From Candidatus Parcubacteria bacterium (lineage in GTDB: Bacteria; Patescibacteriota; Minisyncoccia; Phycocordibacterales; CAIJYI01): a stretch of 64,000 bases of DNA. The stretch spans positions 6,174-70,173 of the forward strand of contig JAPLYL010000001.1 in the NCBI GenBank assembly GCA_026395595.1, in the 5' to 3' direction. Positions within the stretch are counted from its first letter, which is position 1. Every line of letters starts with the position of its first letter. Both the position numbers and the translations under genes were made by a program. Positions 16,117-25,185 of this stretch are shown here, in pieces. The notes beneath the pieces are model-generated. The model had not been told where the DNA came from. It made no database searches and saw nothing but the letters and a program-made list of their open reading frames with translations.

Positions 16117-16379
16117 ATGAGGAACTTGCCGAAAGAATCGTTTACCTTCTCTCATACTTCAAATACACGGAAACAGCGATTATTTACAAAACACAAAAAG
16201 GATATTCCGTTCCTGAATGGATAAAAGCGCAAATAGAAAGAGAACGTCTCCAATTTAAAAAAGAAGTGGAAGCCATTGACCGCGAAGGAGAGGACGTAAG
16301 ACAAGGAAAACCTCTAAAACCGGAATTTCCAAAAAGCCGAACTTTTAAAGAAGGTGAATGCCCGAGAAAAACGGAATAA
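16113..16379 (+). CDS. Hypothetical small protein (88 aa), second gene of an overlapping pair.
   Basis: ORF translationally coupled to the one upstream and followed by a terminator. Confidence 0.5.
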   Translation: MNEELAERIVYLLSYFKYTETAIIYKTQKGYSVPEWIKAQIERERLQFKKEVEAIDREGEDVRQGKPLKPEFPKSRTFKEGECPRKTE

Positions 16380-16391
16380 AAAATAGAATTC

Positions 16392-16420
16392 CATGCCCCG
16401 CAATTGCGGGGCATTTTTCT
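16392..16420 (+). terminator. Rho-independent terminator (ATGCCCCGC aatt GCGGGGCAT + T5).
   Basis: A 9-bp GC stem followed by TTTTT. Confidence 0.65.
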
Positions 16421-16438
16421 GTGATGTATAATAGTGAA

Positions 16439-17353
16439 ATGATAAACAGATACCATCACAAAGATCTTACGTGGGTTGACGTTGAATCGCCGACCAAAGA
16501 AGAAATTGCTTCTCTCGCTCAAGAATTTCATATTCTTCCGGCGCAGGAAGGAGAACTTCTCTACCCTTCCGTTCGGCCAAAAATAGATACACACAAAGAG
16601 TCTCTTTATCTTATTCTTCATTTTCCCGCGTTCCGGCACTCTCACGGAAAAGACGCACTCCAAGAAGTTGATTTTATCATAGGAACCGGTTTTCTTATTA
16701 CCGTTCACTACGATACGATAGACGCCTTGCATAAATTCGCAAAAGAGTTTGAAGTAACTTCCCTTTTGGATAAACATGATATCGGCGACCACGCTGGATT
16801 CCTCTTTTTCTATATCGTCAAAAAACTCTATCATTCGCTTGAACACGAATTGGAAAGTCTGGAAGCGCGTCTCGGTGCCGCAGAATCCATGATCTTCAAA
16901 GGAAAAGAGGACGAAATGGTCGTCGTTCTTTCCCGAATAAATCGCGACCTTTTGGATTTCAAACAAGCCGTCCGTCCGCACGCGGAAATACTCAAAACGT
17001 TTGAAACCTCCGCATCAAAATTCTTCGGCGAGGAATTTTCATTCTATGTCCGTTCCATATTCGGGGAATATTCCAAAGTCACAAACATTCTGGAAAGTCA
17101 TAAAGAAATGCTCGTAGATCTCCGCGAAACGAACGACTCTCTTCTTACCACCAAAACGAGCATCATCATGAAGCGCCTTACTTTTGTCAGCTTCGCGACG
17201 TTCCCGCCAATGCTCATTGCCGGCATCTTCGGCATGAATGCGCAACATATGCCAATCATCGGGGGTGTGTTTGATTTTTGGCAAGTCCTCGGTATAATGT
17301 TCGGGACGGCAACGATTATCGTTTCGTTTTTCTTCTATAAAAAATGGCTGTAA
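16439..17353 (+). CDS. corA: Magnesium/cobalt transporter CorA.
   Basis: C-terminal GMN motif (GIFGMNAQHMP) and two C-terminal TM helices. The start is uncertain: ATG 16424 or 16439, and the ORF-track start at 16358 is unlikely. The minus-strand ORF 16184..16981 overlapping it is rejected. Confidence 0.85.
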   Translation: MINRYHHKDLTWVDVESPTKEEIASLAQEFHILPAQEGELLYPSVRPKIDTHKESLYLILHFPAFRHSHGKDALQEVDFIIGTGFLITVHYDTIDALHKFAKEFEVTSLLDKHDIGDHAGFLFFYIVKKLYHSLEHELESLEARLGAAESMIFKGKEDEMVVVLSRINRDLLDFKQAVRPHAEILKTFETSASKFFGEEFSFYVRSIFGEYSKVTNILESHKEMLVDLRETNDSLLTTKTSIIMKRLTFVSFATFPPMLIAGIFGMNAQHMPIIGGVFDFWQVLGIMFGTATIIVSFFFYKKWL

Positions 17354-18771
17354 TACAATTCTACAATACGCTCACGCGAGAAAAAGATATATTCATTCCG
17401 CTCCGAGAAGGAGCGGTTGGTATGTATAATTGCGGGCCAACGGTCTACAATTATGCGCATATCGGAAACCTCCGCGCCTATGTTTTTGCCGATATCCTGC
17501 GAAAGACCTTGGAATATCATAGGTATAAAGTAACGCAGATCGTCAACATTACCGATGTCGGACATCTCGTTTCCGACGAAGACGAAGGCGAGGATAAAAT
17601 GGAAAAAGGCGCCGCCCGCGAAGGCAAAACCGCTCAAGAGATTGCCGAATTTTATACCAAATCTTTTTATGAAGACCTCACGAAATTAAACATCCAACCA
17701 GCAACCAGATATACCAAAGCAACCGAACATATTCCCGAGCAAATCGCGCTTATTCAAAAACTGGAAGAAAAAGGTTTTACCTATGCGACCAGCGACGGAA
17801 TTTATTTTGATACCGAAAAATTTCCTGACTATGGGAAACTCGCCCTCTTGGATATTGAAGGATTGCGTTCCGGAGCAAGAGTGGAAGAAAATGAAGAGAA
17901 ACGCAATCCTGCAGACTTCGCTCTTTGGAAGTTTTCCAAACCGGGGGAAAAGCGCCAGCAAGAATGGCCGTCCCCGTGGGGTATCGGTTTTCCCGGTTGG
18001 CACATAGAATGTTCCGCGATGGCAATGAAGTACCTCGGCGAAACATTTGATATTCATACTGGAGGCATTGATCATATCCCAGTTCATCACACGAATGAGA
18101 TCGCTCAAGCGGAATGCGCCACCGGAAAAAAGTTCGTGAATTACTGGATGCATTCCGGATTCGTCAACATTGAAGGCGGAAAAATGGCAAAGTCGGCCGG
18201 TAATTTTGTACGCATGGCAACACTGGAAGAAAAAGGCATTTCCCCGCTCGCCTACCGCTACTGGCTTTTGACCGCGCATTATCGGAAAACAATAAACTTC
18301 ACATGGGAAACAGTGGAAGGCGCGCAAACTGCGCTGACCAAACTTCATGAAATTTTCCTGAATTACGGAAACAAAGAAGGAAAACCGGATGAAGAATATC
18401 TCGCAAAATTTACGTCATTTCTTGATGACGATCTGGAAACCGCCGAAGCCATCGCCTCGCTTTGGGATCTGGTAAAAGACGAGCGTATTTCTCCCGCAGA
18501 CAAAAAAGCGACAATGCTTGAGTACGAAAAGATTCTCGGACTCGGTTTCGGTTTCAGTAAAGAAAAACTCTCATCACTCGGTATTAAACTGGAGAAAACT
18601 CTTGGAGTGGGTGATGTTCCCGAAGAAATAAAAAAACTTTTGGGAGAAAGAAAAAAAGCGCGCCAAGAAAAAAACTGGAAAAGAAGCGATGAAATCCGAA
18701 ATGAAATTTTTGGACACGGCTATTCTATCAAAGATGAAAAAGATGGCGAACAAATCATTATTTCAGTTTGA
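17344..18771 (+). CDS. cysS: Cysteinyl-tRNA synthetase.
   Basis: HIGH motif (YNYAHIGN) and KMSKS motif (KMAKSAGN), plus CysRS-specific zinc-ligand context. Confidence 0.9.
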   Translation: MAVIQFYNTLTREKDIFIPLREGAVGMYNCGPTVYNYAHIGNLRAYVFADILRKTLEYHRYKVTQIVNITDVGHLVSDEDEGEDKMEKGAAREGKTAQEIAEFYTKSFYEDLTKLNIQPATRYTKATEHIPEQIALIQKLEEKGFTYATSDGIYFDTEKFPDYGKLALLDIEGLRSGARVEENEEKRNPADFALWKFSKPGEKRQQEWPSPWGIGFPGWHIECSAMAMKYLGETFDIHTGGIDHIPVHHTNEIAQAECATGKKFVNYWMHSGFVNIEGGKMAKSAGNFVRMATLEEKGISPLAYRYWLLTAHYRKTINFTWETVEGAQTALTKLHEIFLNYGNKEGKPDEEYLAKFTSFLDDDLETAEAIASLWDLVKDERISPADKKATMLEYEKILGLGFGFSKEKLSSLGIKLEKTLGVGDVPEEIKKLLGERKKARQEKNWKRSDEIRNEIFGHGYSIKDEKDGEQIIISV

Positions 18772-18810
18772 CAAACACAATAGAGTGGTGTATTCTTCTC
18801 TCAGAGTAAT

Positions 18811-19158
18811 TTGAGAGAAGAAAGAGAGGAAATTTTGAAACTGCAATTAAAAAAAGGGTTTTTACTACCTGAACACGTTAAAGCCGCACAAAACAAACCG
18901 GGAAATTATCTTTGGAGACTGAATGCAACGAACGAAACGCAAGATGAGGTCCATGAAGAATTTACCAACCTGACTTTTGAAGAGGCGTTATTTCGGGCAA
19001 AAGAGATGCTCGGCAAAAAAACTCCCGCAAAAAAAATAATCGCGGAAGTAATAATTTTCGGGAATGTAAAACATGCTCCCGTTTGTTATTGGAACAAATT
19101 TGTAACAAACAAAGATCCGAACAAAACAGGAACACACAGCCTGACAGTAACCCTATAA
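18811..19158 (+). CDS. Hypothetical protein (115 aa).
   Basis: ORF followed by a terminator. No family recognised. Confidence 0.4.
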   Translation: MREEREEILKLQLKKGFLLPEHVKAAQNKPGNYLWRLNATNETQDEVHEEFTNLTFEEALFRAKEMLGKKTPAKKIIAEVIIFGNVKHAPVCYWNKFVTNKDPNKTGTHSLTVTL

Positions 19159-19162
19159 AAAT

Positions 19163-19200
19163 AACCCCGCGGTCGCTACAGCGACTTTGCGGGGTTTTTC
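19163..19200. terminator. Bidirectional terminator (CCCCGCGGTCGCT aca GCGACTTTGCGGGG + T5).
   Basis: A long GC hairpin followed by TTTTT. Confidence 0.6.
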
Positions 19201-19202
19201 TT

Positions 19203-19964
19203 TTACCACTTTTGTTCCTGGACATCAAAATGACTCGGGAGATAACTTTCCGTCATGGTTTTTCCTACCTGAGGTCTCGCAATATACATATGGCGAGTTT
19301 TATTGACGCAAAAAACAGAATCACTTCTTTCCACTTTCTTCGGCCCGCAAATAACAACCGGTTCAAAACCGAGCGCTTCCTGAATGATTTCAGACAGAAG
19401 AGAAATGGATTGCTGGTACATCTTTCGCACCCTCCTTGCATCGTCCCAACACCACTCGGCATCAGGAAGATCCGGAAGAAACATCCCTCCCGAAATAACG
19501 ACATCAATAGTTCCCTTTACACAAAGACTTTTTAATTCAGTAAAGCTGTCAGTCAAATCGTTCGAAAACTGTTCACGATATCTTTCTCTCAAAAATTTTG
19601 TCGGATCCTGATGACTGAGAAAAGAAATGTTTTTTCTTGTTTTCTTTTCCCGTCCGATAGCGAATACCGAAGTGCAATCATACAGATATCGGGTCAATTT
19701 ATCACGAGAATTGATGGAAGAGATAACATACGTTTCCGTGCCTGCGGTTTTTGCATTGATATTTTTCCACTCCGTCGGCTTCGCATAGTAATCCACGTTT
19801 TCAGTATCGCTTTTCTCATGGTCAAAGCTTGGACTGAGCAGTATTTTACACAAATCGGGTTCCGTTTTTTCAAAATCACGAAACGTGCCAAAACACGCGA
19901 TAATACTCTTTTCTCCATTTTTCAAATGTTCCGAAGATGGCGGATTTTTCTTGAGAACTTTCAC
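19203..19964 (-). CDS. Hypothetical protein (253 aa).
   Basis: ORF only. No confident family. Confidence 0.5.
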   Translation of the reverse strand: MKVLKKNPPSSEHLKNGEKSIIACFGTFRDFEKTEPDLCKILLSPSFDHEKSDTENVDYYAKPTEWKNINAKTAGTETYVISSINSRDKLTRYLYDCTSVFAIGREKKTRKNISFLSHQDPTKFLRERYREQFSNDLTDSFTELKSLCVKGTIDVVISGGMFLPDLPDAEWCWDDARRVRKMYQQSISLLSEIIQEALGFEPVVICGPKKVERSDSVFCVNKTRHMYIARPQVGKTMTESYLPSHFDVQEQKW

Positions 19965-20074
19965 TGAGACCTCCTTTCAAATAGATTATTCTGTTCTCAA
20001 AATACACAGAAAAAATGATTGTGTCAAACTTTTTGGATCTGAAAAAAAATCCGCCATAAGGCGGATTTTTTTCT

Positions 20075-21379
20075 TTATTTCAATTTTTCTCTCAAATACT
20101 CGGGGAGTTTCTCTATGGTGATTCGGTCTTGTTTCATCGTATCGCGGTCGCGAACCGTGACAGCATTATCATTGATGGTCTCAAAATCAACCGTAACGCA
20201 ATACGGCGTTCCTATTTCATCTTGCCGGCGATAGCGCTTGCCTATGGACTGAGTTTCGTCATACTGACAAACAAATTCTTTTTTAAGCGTATCAAATATC
20301 GGTTTCGCAATAACAGAAAGTTCTTCCTTCTTGGAGAGCGGGAGAATGGCAACTTTAATCGGAGTAATATGTTTCGGAAGGCGTAAAACGCTTCGCACTT
20401 CCTCTTCTACATCTTCTTCATCATAGGAAGTACAGAGAATTGCAAGAATAGTTCTATCCAAACCGAAAGTCGGTTCTATAACATGAGGAATGAATTTTTC
20501 TCTGTTCACGTCATCAATATACTCCAAAGAAACCGTACTTTCTTTTTGATGATTCGCGAGGTCAAAGTCTGTTCGGTACGCAATACCATAGAGTTCTTTC
20601 CTTCCGAAAGGAAAATCAAATTCAAAATCTATGGTGCGTTTGGAATAATGAGCCAAGTCTTCAGAAGCGACTTCCAGTTCATGCACGTCTTCTTTTCGGA
20701 GTCCGATATCTTTCATCCATTCAATCATTTGCTCTCGCCAGTATTCAAAATGCTCTTTCCAGTCATCAGGCTTCACAAAGTATTCAATTTCCATCTGTTC
20801 AAATTCACGCGTGCGGAAAACAAAGTCACGGGGAGTGATTTCATTTCTAAAGGCTTTTCCTATTTGCCCCATACCGAATGGCAATCGCGGATGGAATGAG
20901 TCAACGATATTTTTGAAATTCACAAACATTCCCTGTGCCGTTTCAGGACGAAGGTAAACAACAGAAGAAGAATCTTCTACGGCTCCGGCCGAAGTTTTGA
21001 ACATCATATTGAACTGCCTTTCTTCTCCAAGCTTCCCTTTGCATTCCGGACATTTCTCTCCTTCCACTTGGTCAGCGCGAAATCTTTTTTTGCATTTCTC
21101 GCATTCAACGAGAGGGTCGGTAAAAGTCGCGACGTGTCCGGCCGCTTCCCAGACTTTTGAATTCATGAGTATCGACGCATCCACGCCGTACATATCGCTT
21201 CGGTCTTCCACGAAACGTTTCCACCATATATCTTTGATATTCTTTTTAAGAGCGACGCCGAGAGGCCCGTAATCCCAAGTACCGGCAAGTCCTCCGTAAA
21301 TTTCAGAACCGCGATATATAAACCCCCGCCGTTTCGCAAGCGATTCAACTTTTTCCATCGTAACTTTTTCTTTTTCCAT
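20075..21379 (-). CDS. glyQS: Glycyl-tRNA synthetase (class II, dimeric type).
   Basis: N-terminus RRGFIYRGSEIYGGLAGTWDYGPLGVALKKNIKDIWWKRFV is characteristic of GlyRS. Start set at ATG 21379. Confidence 0.9.
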   Translation of the reverse strand: MEKEKVTMEKVESLAKRRGFIYRGSEIYGGLAGTWDYGPLGVALKKNIKDIWWKRFVEDRSDMYGVDASILMNSKVWEAAGHVATFTDPLVECEKCKKRFRADQVEGEKCPECKGKLGEERQFNMMFKTSAGAVEDSSSVVYLRPETAQGMFVNFKNIVDSFHPRLPFGMGQIGKAFRNEITPRDFVFRTREFEQMEIEYFVKPDDWKEHFEYWREQMIEWMKDIGLRKEDVHELEVASEDLAHYSKRTIDFEFDFPFGRKELYGIAYRTDFDLANHQKESTVSLEYIDDVNREKFIPHVIEPTFGLDRTILAILCTSYDEEDVEEEVRSVLRLPKHITPIKVAILPLSKKEELSVIAKPIFDTLKKEFVCQYDETQSIGKRYRRQDEIGTPYCVTVDFETINDNAVTVRDRDTMKQDRITIEKLPEYLREKLK

Positions 21380-21449
21380 ATCTCTATTTTTACCATATTT
21401 TAACCAAAAGAAAAAGCGTCCGATAAAAAATGCTTCTTTCTTGTTATTC

Positions 21450-22208
21450 CTATTTTTTTGAAATATCTGCAACCATAGCTCCGTGGTCGCTTATTCCAAA
21501 TCGGAGCGATACATCAGAAACCTCATATTCGGGAGTAGAAAAAAGACCGTCAACCATCAATTCCTTCACAGCATCAGGATTGCGGTGAAATTTTTGATCA
21601 AGAGAAGTAATATATTCAACAGGAATGTTATCTTTAAAAAGTCTTGCGAGCCCGTCAAAAACTTCCTCTCCTCGCGGAGCGTTAAAATCTCCGGCAAAAA
21701 CGATGCCATCTTTAAACTCTTCCATTTTTATCAAAAGGTTTTTCAAATCCAGACGCTGTCGGTCGTCTGTATTTCCGTGCGGTGTCCAAGTAAAATGCGT
21801 CGTGCCAAGCGTATAAGAAATTCCATCAACATTAACAACAAGAGAAAGCAAAACGCATGCCACGGTATCCTCTCCTCCTTCAACATATTTTACGTATACG
21901 GGGATATCTTTAGCGTCTCCTTTATAGTATTGCAAAAGCGTTTTTTCAACCGGAAGTTTCGTAAACATCGCCACACCCATGGAAATAATTTCAGTGGGAT
22001 TATCAAAGGAATCCGGCCATTGGAACATCTGGGCAAAAAAACCTTTCATGCCGAGCTCTTTTTCAAACATAGGAATGTCCCTTTCAAAAACTTCCTGCAA
22101 ACAAACAACATCCGCATTTTGTTCCTTCAAAAAATGAAGTACCGTATCATAGTGCTTGTCCCGTTCAATGTTTACCGAAACAAAATGAATCGATGAAGAA
22201 TTTTTCAT
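21450..22208 (-). CDS. Endonuclease/exonuclease/phosphatase (EEP) family protein.
   Basis: N-terminus SVNIERDKH...ADVVCLQEV and C-terminal SDH motifs are typical of the EEP fold. Confidence 0.7.
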   Translation of the reverse strand: MKNSSSIHFVSVNIERDKHYDTVLHFLKEQNADVVCLQEVFERDIPMFEKELGMKGFFAQMFQWPDSFDNPTEIISMGVAMFTKLPVEKTLLQYYKGDAKDIPVYVKYVEGGEDTVACVLLSLVVNVDGISYTLGTTHFTWTPHGNTDDRQRLDLKNLLIKMEEFKDGIVFAGDFNAPRGEEVFDGLARLFKDNIPVEYITSLDQKFHRNPDAVKELMVDGLFSTPEYEVSDVSLRFGISDHGAMVADISKK

Positions 22209-22213
22209 AGTTT

Positions 22214-24265
22214 TTAGTTTTTTTCCAATGAATGAATTTCGTCCCGTAAAATCGCTGCTGTTTCAAAATCTAACTCTTTGACCGCTTGCGCCATTTGTCG
22301 ATGTTTCACTTTCAAAAGTTTTTCCATGTCTTTTCCGAAGACGGCTCGGTCGGTGACAAGGTTGGCGTTTACGGCTTTTTCGTGAGCGCTTTCAAGATGT
22401 TCAGTAATATCATGAATATGTTTAATGATGGTCTTCGGTGTAATACCGTGTTTTTCGTTGTATGCGATTTGAATTTTTCTTCGGCGGTTCGTTTCTCCAA
22501 CAGCACGTTCAATAGAACCGGTCATATGGTCAGCATATAAGATAACTTTTCCTTCCACATTTCGCGCGGCGCGTCCGATGGTTTGAATAAGAGAAGTTTC
22601 GCTTCGCAAAAATCCTTCTTTATCCGCGTCCAAAATTCCGATAAAGGTGACTTCGGGAAGATCCAACCCTTCACGCAAAAGATTTACTCCGACCAGACAA
22701 TCAAAATTCCCCCGACGGAACTCCGTCAGAATTTTAATGCGGTCAATCGTTTTTATATCGCTATGCAAATACTCGGATTTTATTCCTCTTTCCTTCAAAT
22801 ATACCGATAAGTCTTCCGCCATTTTTTTAGTGAGAGTCGTTGCGATAACGCGTCCTCCTTTTTCTACGGCTTTTTCCGTTTCTTTAATGAAATCTTGGAT
22901 CTGTCCCGGGTAGTTATCTCCCAACAAGGTACGCCCTTGTTCCGACAAGGGCGTACCTTGTTGGGTTGTCAAGATTGGGCGGATTTCAATTTCCGGGTCA
23001 ATAAGTCCGGTCGGACGAATAACTTGTTCAACGGTTTGTTCGCTCTGTTCTTTTTCCATTTCCCCCGGCGTTGCGGACGTATAAACAACCTGTCCGATTC
23101 TTTCTTTGAATTCAGGATATTTAAGCGGTCGGTTGTCTTTCGCGCTTGGTAAACGAAACCCGTATTCCACAAGCGTTTTTTTACGAGAAGCATCGCCAGC
23201 ATACATTCCCTGCAACTGAGGAAGTGTCACATGTGATTCGTCTATAATCGTCAAAAAATCAGGCGAACCGTCTTCTTTATGAGGAAAATATGAAAGCAAA
23301 GTTTCAGGCGGTTCCCCCTCTTTTTTTCCGGAGAGATGCCGAGAGTAATTTTCAATTCCGCTGCAATAACCGACTTCTTGTATCATGGACATATCGTAAT
23401 TCGTGCGACGTTTGATGCGTTCCGCTTCAAGAAGTTTTCCTTCCGACTCAAATACTTTCAACTGGGATTCCATCTCTTTGCGGATGTCGGCAATCGCTTT
23501 TTTTGTTTTGCTTTCTTCTGTGAGAAAATGTTTCGTGGGAAAAAGAAAGATGTTTTTTGGTTCTTCCAACACAACACCTGACACGGGATCCACTTTCAAT
23601 ATCTCGGAAATTTTCCCGTCTTCAAGCCCGATATTAAAAACGAGTCTTTCCGAAACCGGCATAACTTCCACTCTTCCTCCGGTACTGCGAAATTGCCCGG
23701 GATTAAGATCGGCGGAGGTGCGTTCGTAGTGAATAGAAATAAGGCGATTCAAAAGTTCCCGACGCTCAAAACTCTCGCCAACCGCCAATTTCAAATTCTC
23801 TTTTTCGTATTCCGCCGGACTCCCTAAACCGTAAATGCAAGAAACCGAAGCGACAATGATCACGTCTTTTCTGGTCAAAAGCGATTGAGTGGAAGCATGG
23901 CGAAGCCGGTCAATTTCTGCATTGATCTGCGCATCTTTTTCAATAAAAGTGTCAGTGACCGGCATGTAGGCTTCCGGCTGATAATAGTCGTAATAAGAAA
24001 CAAAATAATGAACGGCGTTTTCCGGAAAAAATTCCTGATATTCCTGCGCAAGCTGAGCCGCAAGCGTTTTGTTATGCGCGATAACCAGTGTCGGTTTCTG
24101 GACGGTATTGATGATATTGGCAACGGTAAAAGTTTTTCCCGAACCGGTCACACCTAAAAGGGTCTGCGCCGGCATACCCTTTTTCAATCCGGAGAGGAGC
24201 GAGGCGATAGCATTCGGCTGATCCCCTGCCGGTTCAAATTTTGAAGAAAGCTTAAAATTGGACAT
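22214..24265 (-). CDS. uvrB: Excinuclease ABC subunit B. Contains an apparent ~20-aa insertion encoded by a palindromic repeat.
   Basis: N-terminus KFEPAGDQPNAIASLLSGLKKG...LLGVTGSGKTF (Walker A) and helicase motifs throughout. Start at ATG 24265. Confidence 0.9.
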   Translation of the reverse strand: MSNFKLSSKFEPAGDQPNAIASLLSGLKKGMPAQTLLGVTGSGKTFTVANIINTVQKPTLVIAHNKTLAAQLAQEYQEFFPENAVHYFVSYYDYYQPEAYMPVTDTFIEKDAQINAEIDRLRHASTQSLLTRKDVIIVASVSCIYGLGSPAEYEKENLKLAVGESFERRELLNRLISIHYERTSADLNPGQFRSTGGRVEVMPVSERLVFNIGLEDGKISEILKVDPVSGVVLEEPKNIFLFPTKHFLTEESKTKKAIADIRKEMESQLKVFESEGKLLEAERIKRRTNYDMSMIQEVGYCSGIENYSRHLSGKKEGEPPETLLSYFPHKEDGSPDFLTIIDESHVTLPQLQGMYAGDASRKKTLVEYGFRLPSAKDNRPLKYPEFKERIGQVVYTSATPGEMEKEQSEQTVEQVIRPTGLIDPEIEIRPILTTQQGTPLSEQGRTLLGDNYPGQIQDFIKETEKAVEKGGRVIATTLTKKMAEDLSVYLKERGIKSEYLHSDIKTIDRIKILTEFRRGNFDCLVGVNLLREGLDLPEVTFIGILDADKEGFLRSETSLIQTIGRAARNVEGKVILYADHMTGSIERAVGETNRRRKIQIAYNEKHGITPKTIIKHIHDITEHLESAHEKAVNANLVTDRAVFGKDMEKLLKVKHRQMAQAVKELDFETAAILRDEIHSLEKN
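22923..22963. repeat. Palindromic element inside the uvrB coding sequence (19-bp perfect stem CAACAAGGTACGCCCTTGT / ACAAGGGCGTACCTTGTTG, loop TCCG). Same family as 9571-9609.
   Basis: Exact complementarity read from the sequence. It encodes ...TTQQGTPLSEQGRTLLG... in UvrB, and also QQGTPLFRQGRTLLG on the opposite strand (spurious ORF 22895..23152). Confidence 0.7.
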
Positions 24266-24322
24266 ATGAGATATTCTATACTGTAGATTGATAAATAACC
24301 AGCGATAAGATATAATAAAAAA

Positions 24323-24592
24323 ATGGAAACTGTACAATTTGAAGAACAACCCCGTATAGCAACCCACCAAAAGAAGGGAGCATTTTTACCGTCCCTCATT
24401 ATTAAATTTTCCCATGGAAAAGTTGAAAACGAAAATCAAGCAAATCTGGTTCTGTTTACCGGTGCTGTTATTATTTTCGTTCTCGCTTTCTTCGTCGCTT
24501 TTACAGGTGGAACAACCAAAAGTTCCTTGCCAGAGCCTCTTATTAAAACGGATATAGAAAGAATGATAAATCAACCAATTCCAAAAAAATGA
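24323..24592 (+). CDS. Small membrane protein (89 aa), co-transcribed with the type IV pilin (ATGA overlap).
   Basis: One TM helix (LVLFTGAVIIFVLAFFVAFTGG). Its stop overlaps the pilin start. Confidence 0.45.
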   Translation: METVQFEEQPRIATHQKKGAFLPSLIIKFSHGKVENENQANLVLFTGAVIIFVLAFFVAFTGGTTKSSLPEPLIKTDIERMINQPIPKK

Positions 24593-25113
24593 TAAAAAAA
24601 AGAAATAAGGGGTTCACTCTTATAGAACTTTTGGTTGTAATTGCAATCATTGCTCTTTTGTCTACAACAGTAATGACATCACTTTCCGCCGCACGCCAAA
24701 AATCCAGAAACGCAAAAAGAATGGCAGATATGAAGGCTATTCAAACAGCATTGGAAATGTACTACAACGACAACAATGGTTACCCAAATCCGGGAGGAGG
24801 ATGGAGATCCGAATGCAATTCATATGGAGGGTTTGCGGCAAATAATGTTATACCAGGACTAACCCCAACATATCTCGGAACTTTTCCATCAGATCCTTCA
24901 ATGAATAGAACCGGAAGCGTTAGCTGTTATCTTTATAATTCAAATGGAACAGATTACGCATTACTTGATCACAATGGTCCAGACATTGTTTACACATCAA
25001 ATTCCACACTCATTGATCCAACGCGTGACGGCGGTTCTAATCCCTGTATCATTGATGGAACAAACATATGGTCATGGAAAATATCTTCTTCTCCTGTCAG
25101 TCGTTGTTGGTAA
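24589..25113 (+). CDS. Type IV pilin / pseudopilin (prepilin-type N-terminal cleavage/methylation domain).
   Basis: N-terminus MIKKRNKGFTLIELLVVIAIIALL is the canonical class III signal peptide. Confidence 0.9.
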   Translation: MIKKRNKGFTLIELLVVIAIIALLSTTVMTSLSAARQKSRNAKRMADMKAIQTALEMYYNDNNGYPNPGGGWRSECNSYGGFAANNVIPGLTPTYLGTFPSDPSMNRTGSVSCYLYNSNGTDYALLDHNGPDIVYTSNSTLIDPTRDGGSNPCIIDGTNIWSWKISSSPVSRCW

Positions 25114-25185
25114 AAAAAATTGACAAAAAAGAAATGAATGATACTCTCAAAAGAGATATTTCTTTGATTTTTCCAAGGAGGAAAA

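Noticed and set aside
16184-16981. 265-aa minus-strand ORF overlapping corA.
   Set aside because: It is antisense to a confidently identified CorA (GMN motif). It has a compositionally odd, Phe/Arg-rich translation and no ribosome-binding site or terminator context.
19083-19967. Plus-strand ORFs 19083..19535, 19384..19611 and 19611..19967 opposite the 19203..19964 gene.
   Set aside because: They mutually overlap in different frames and are antisense to a longer ORF bounded by terminators, so they are most likely noise.
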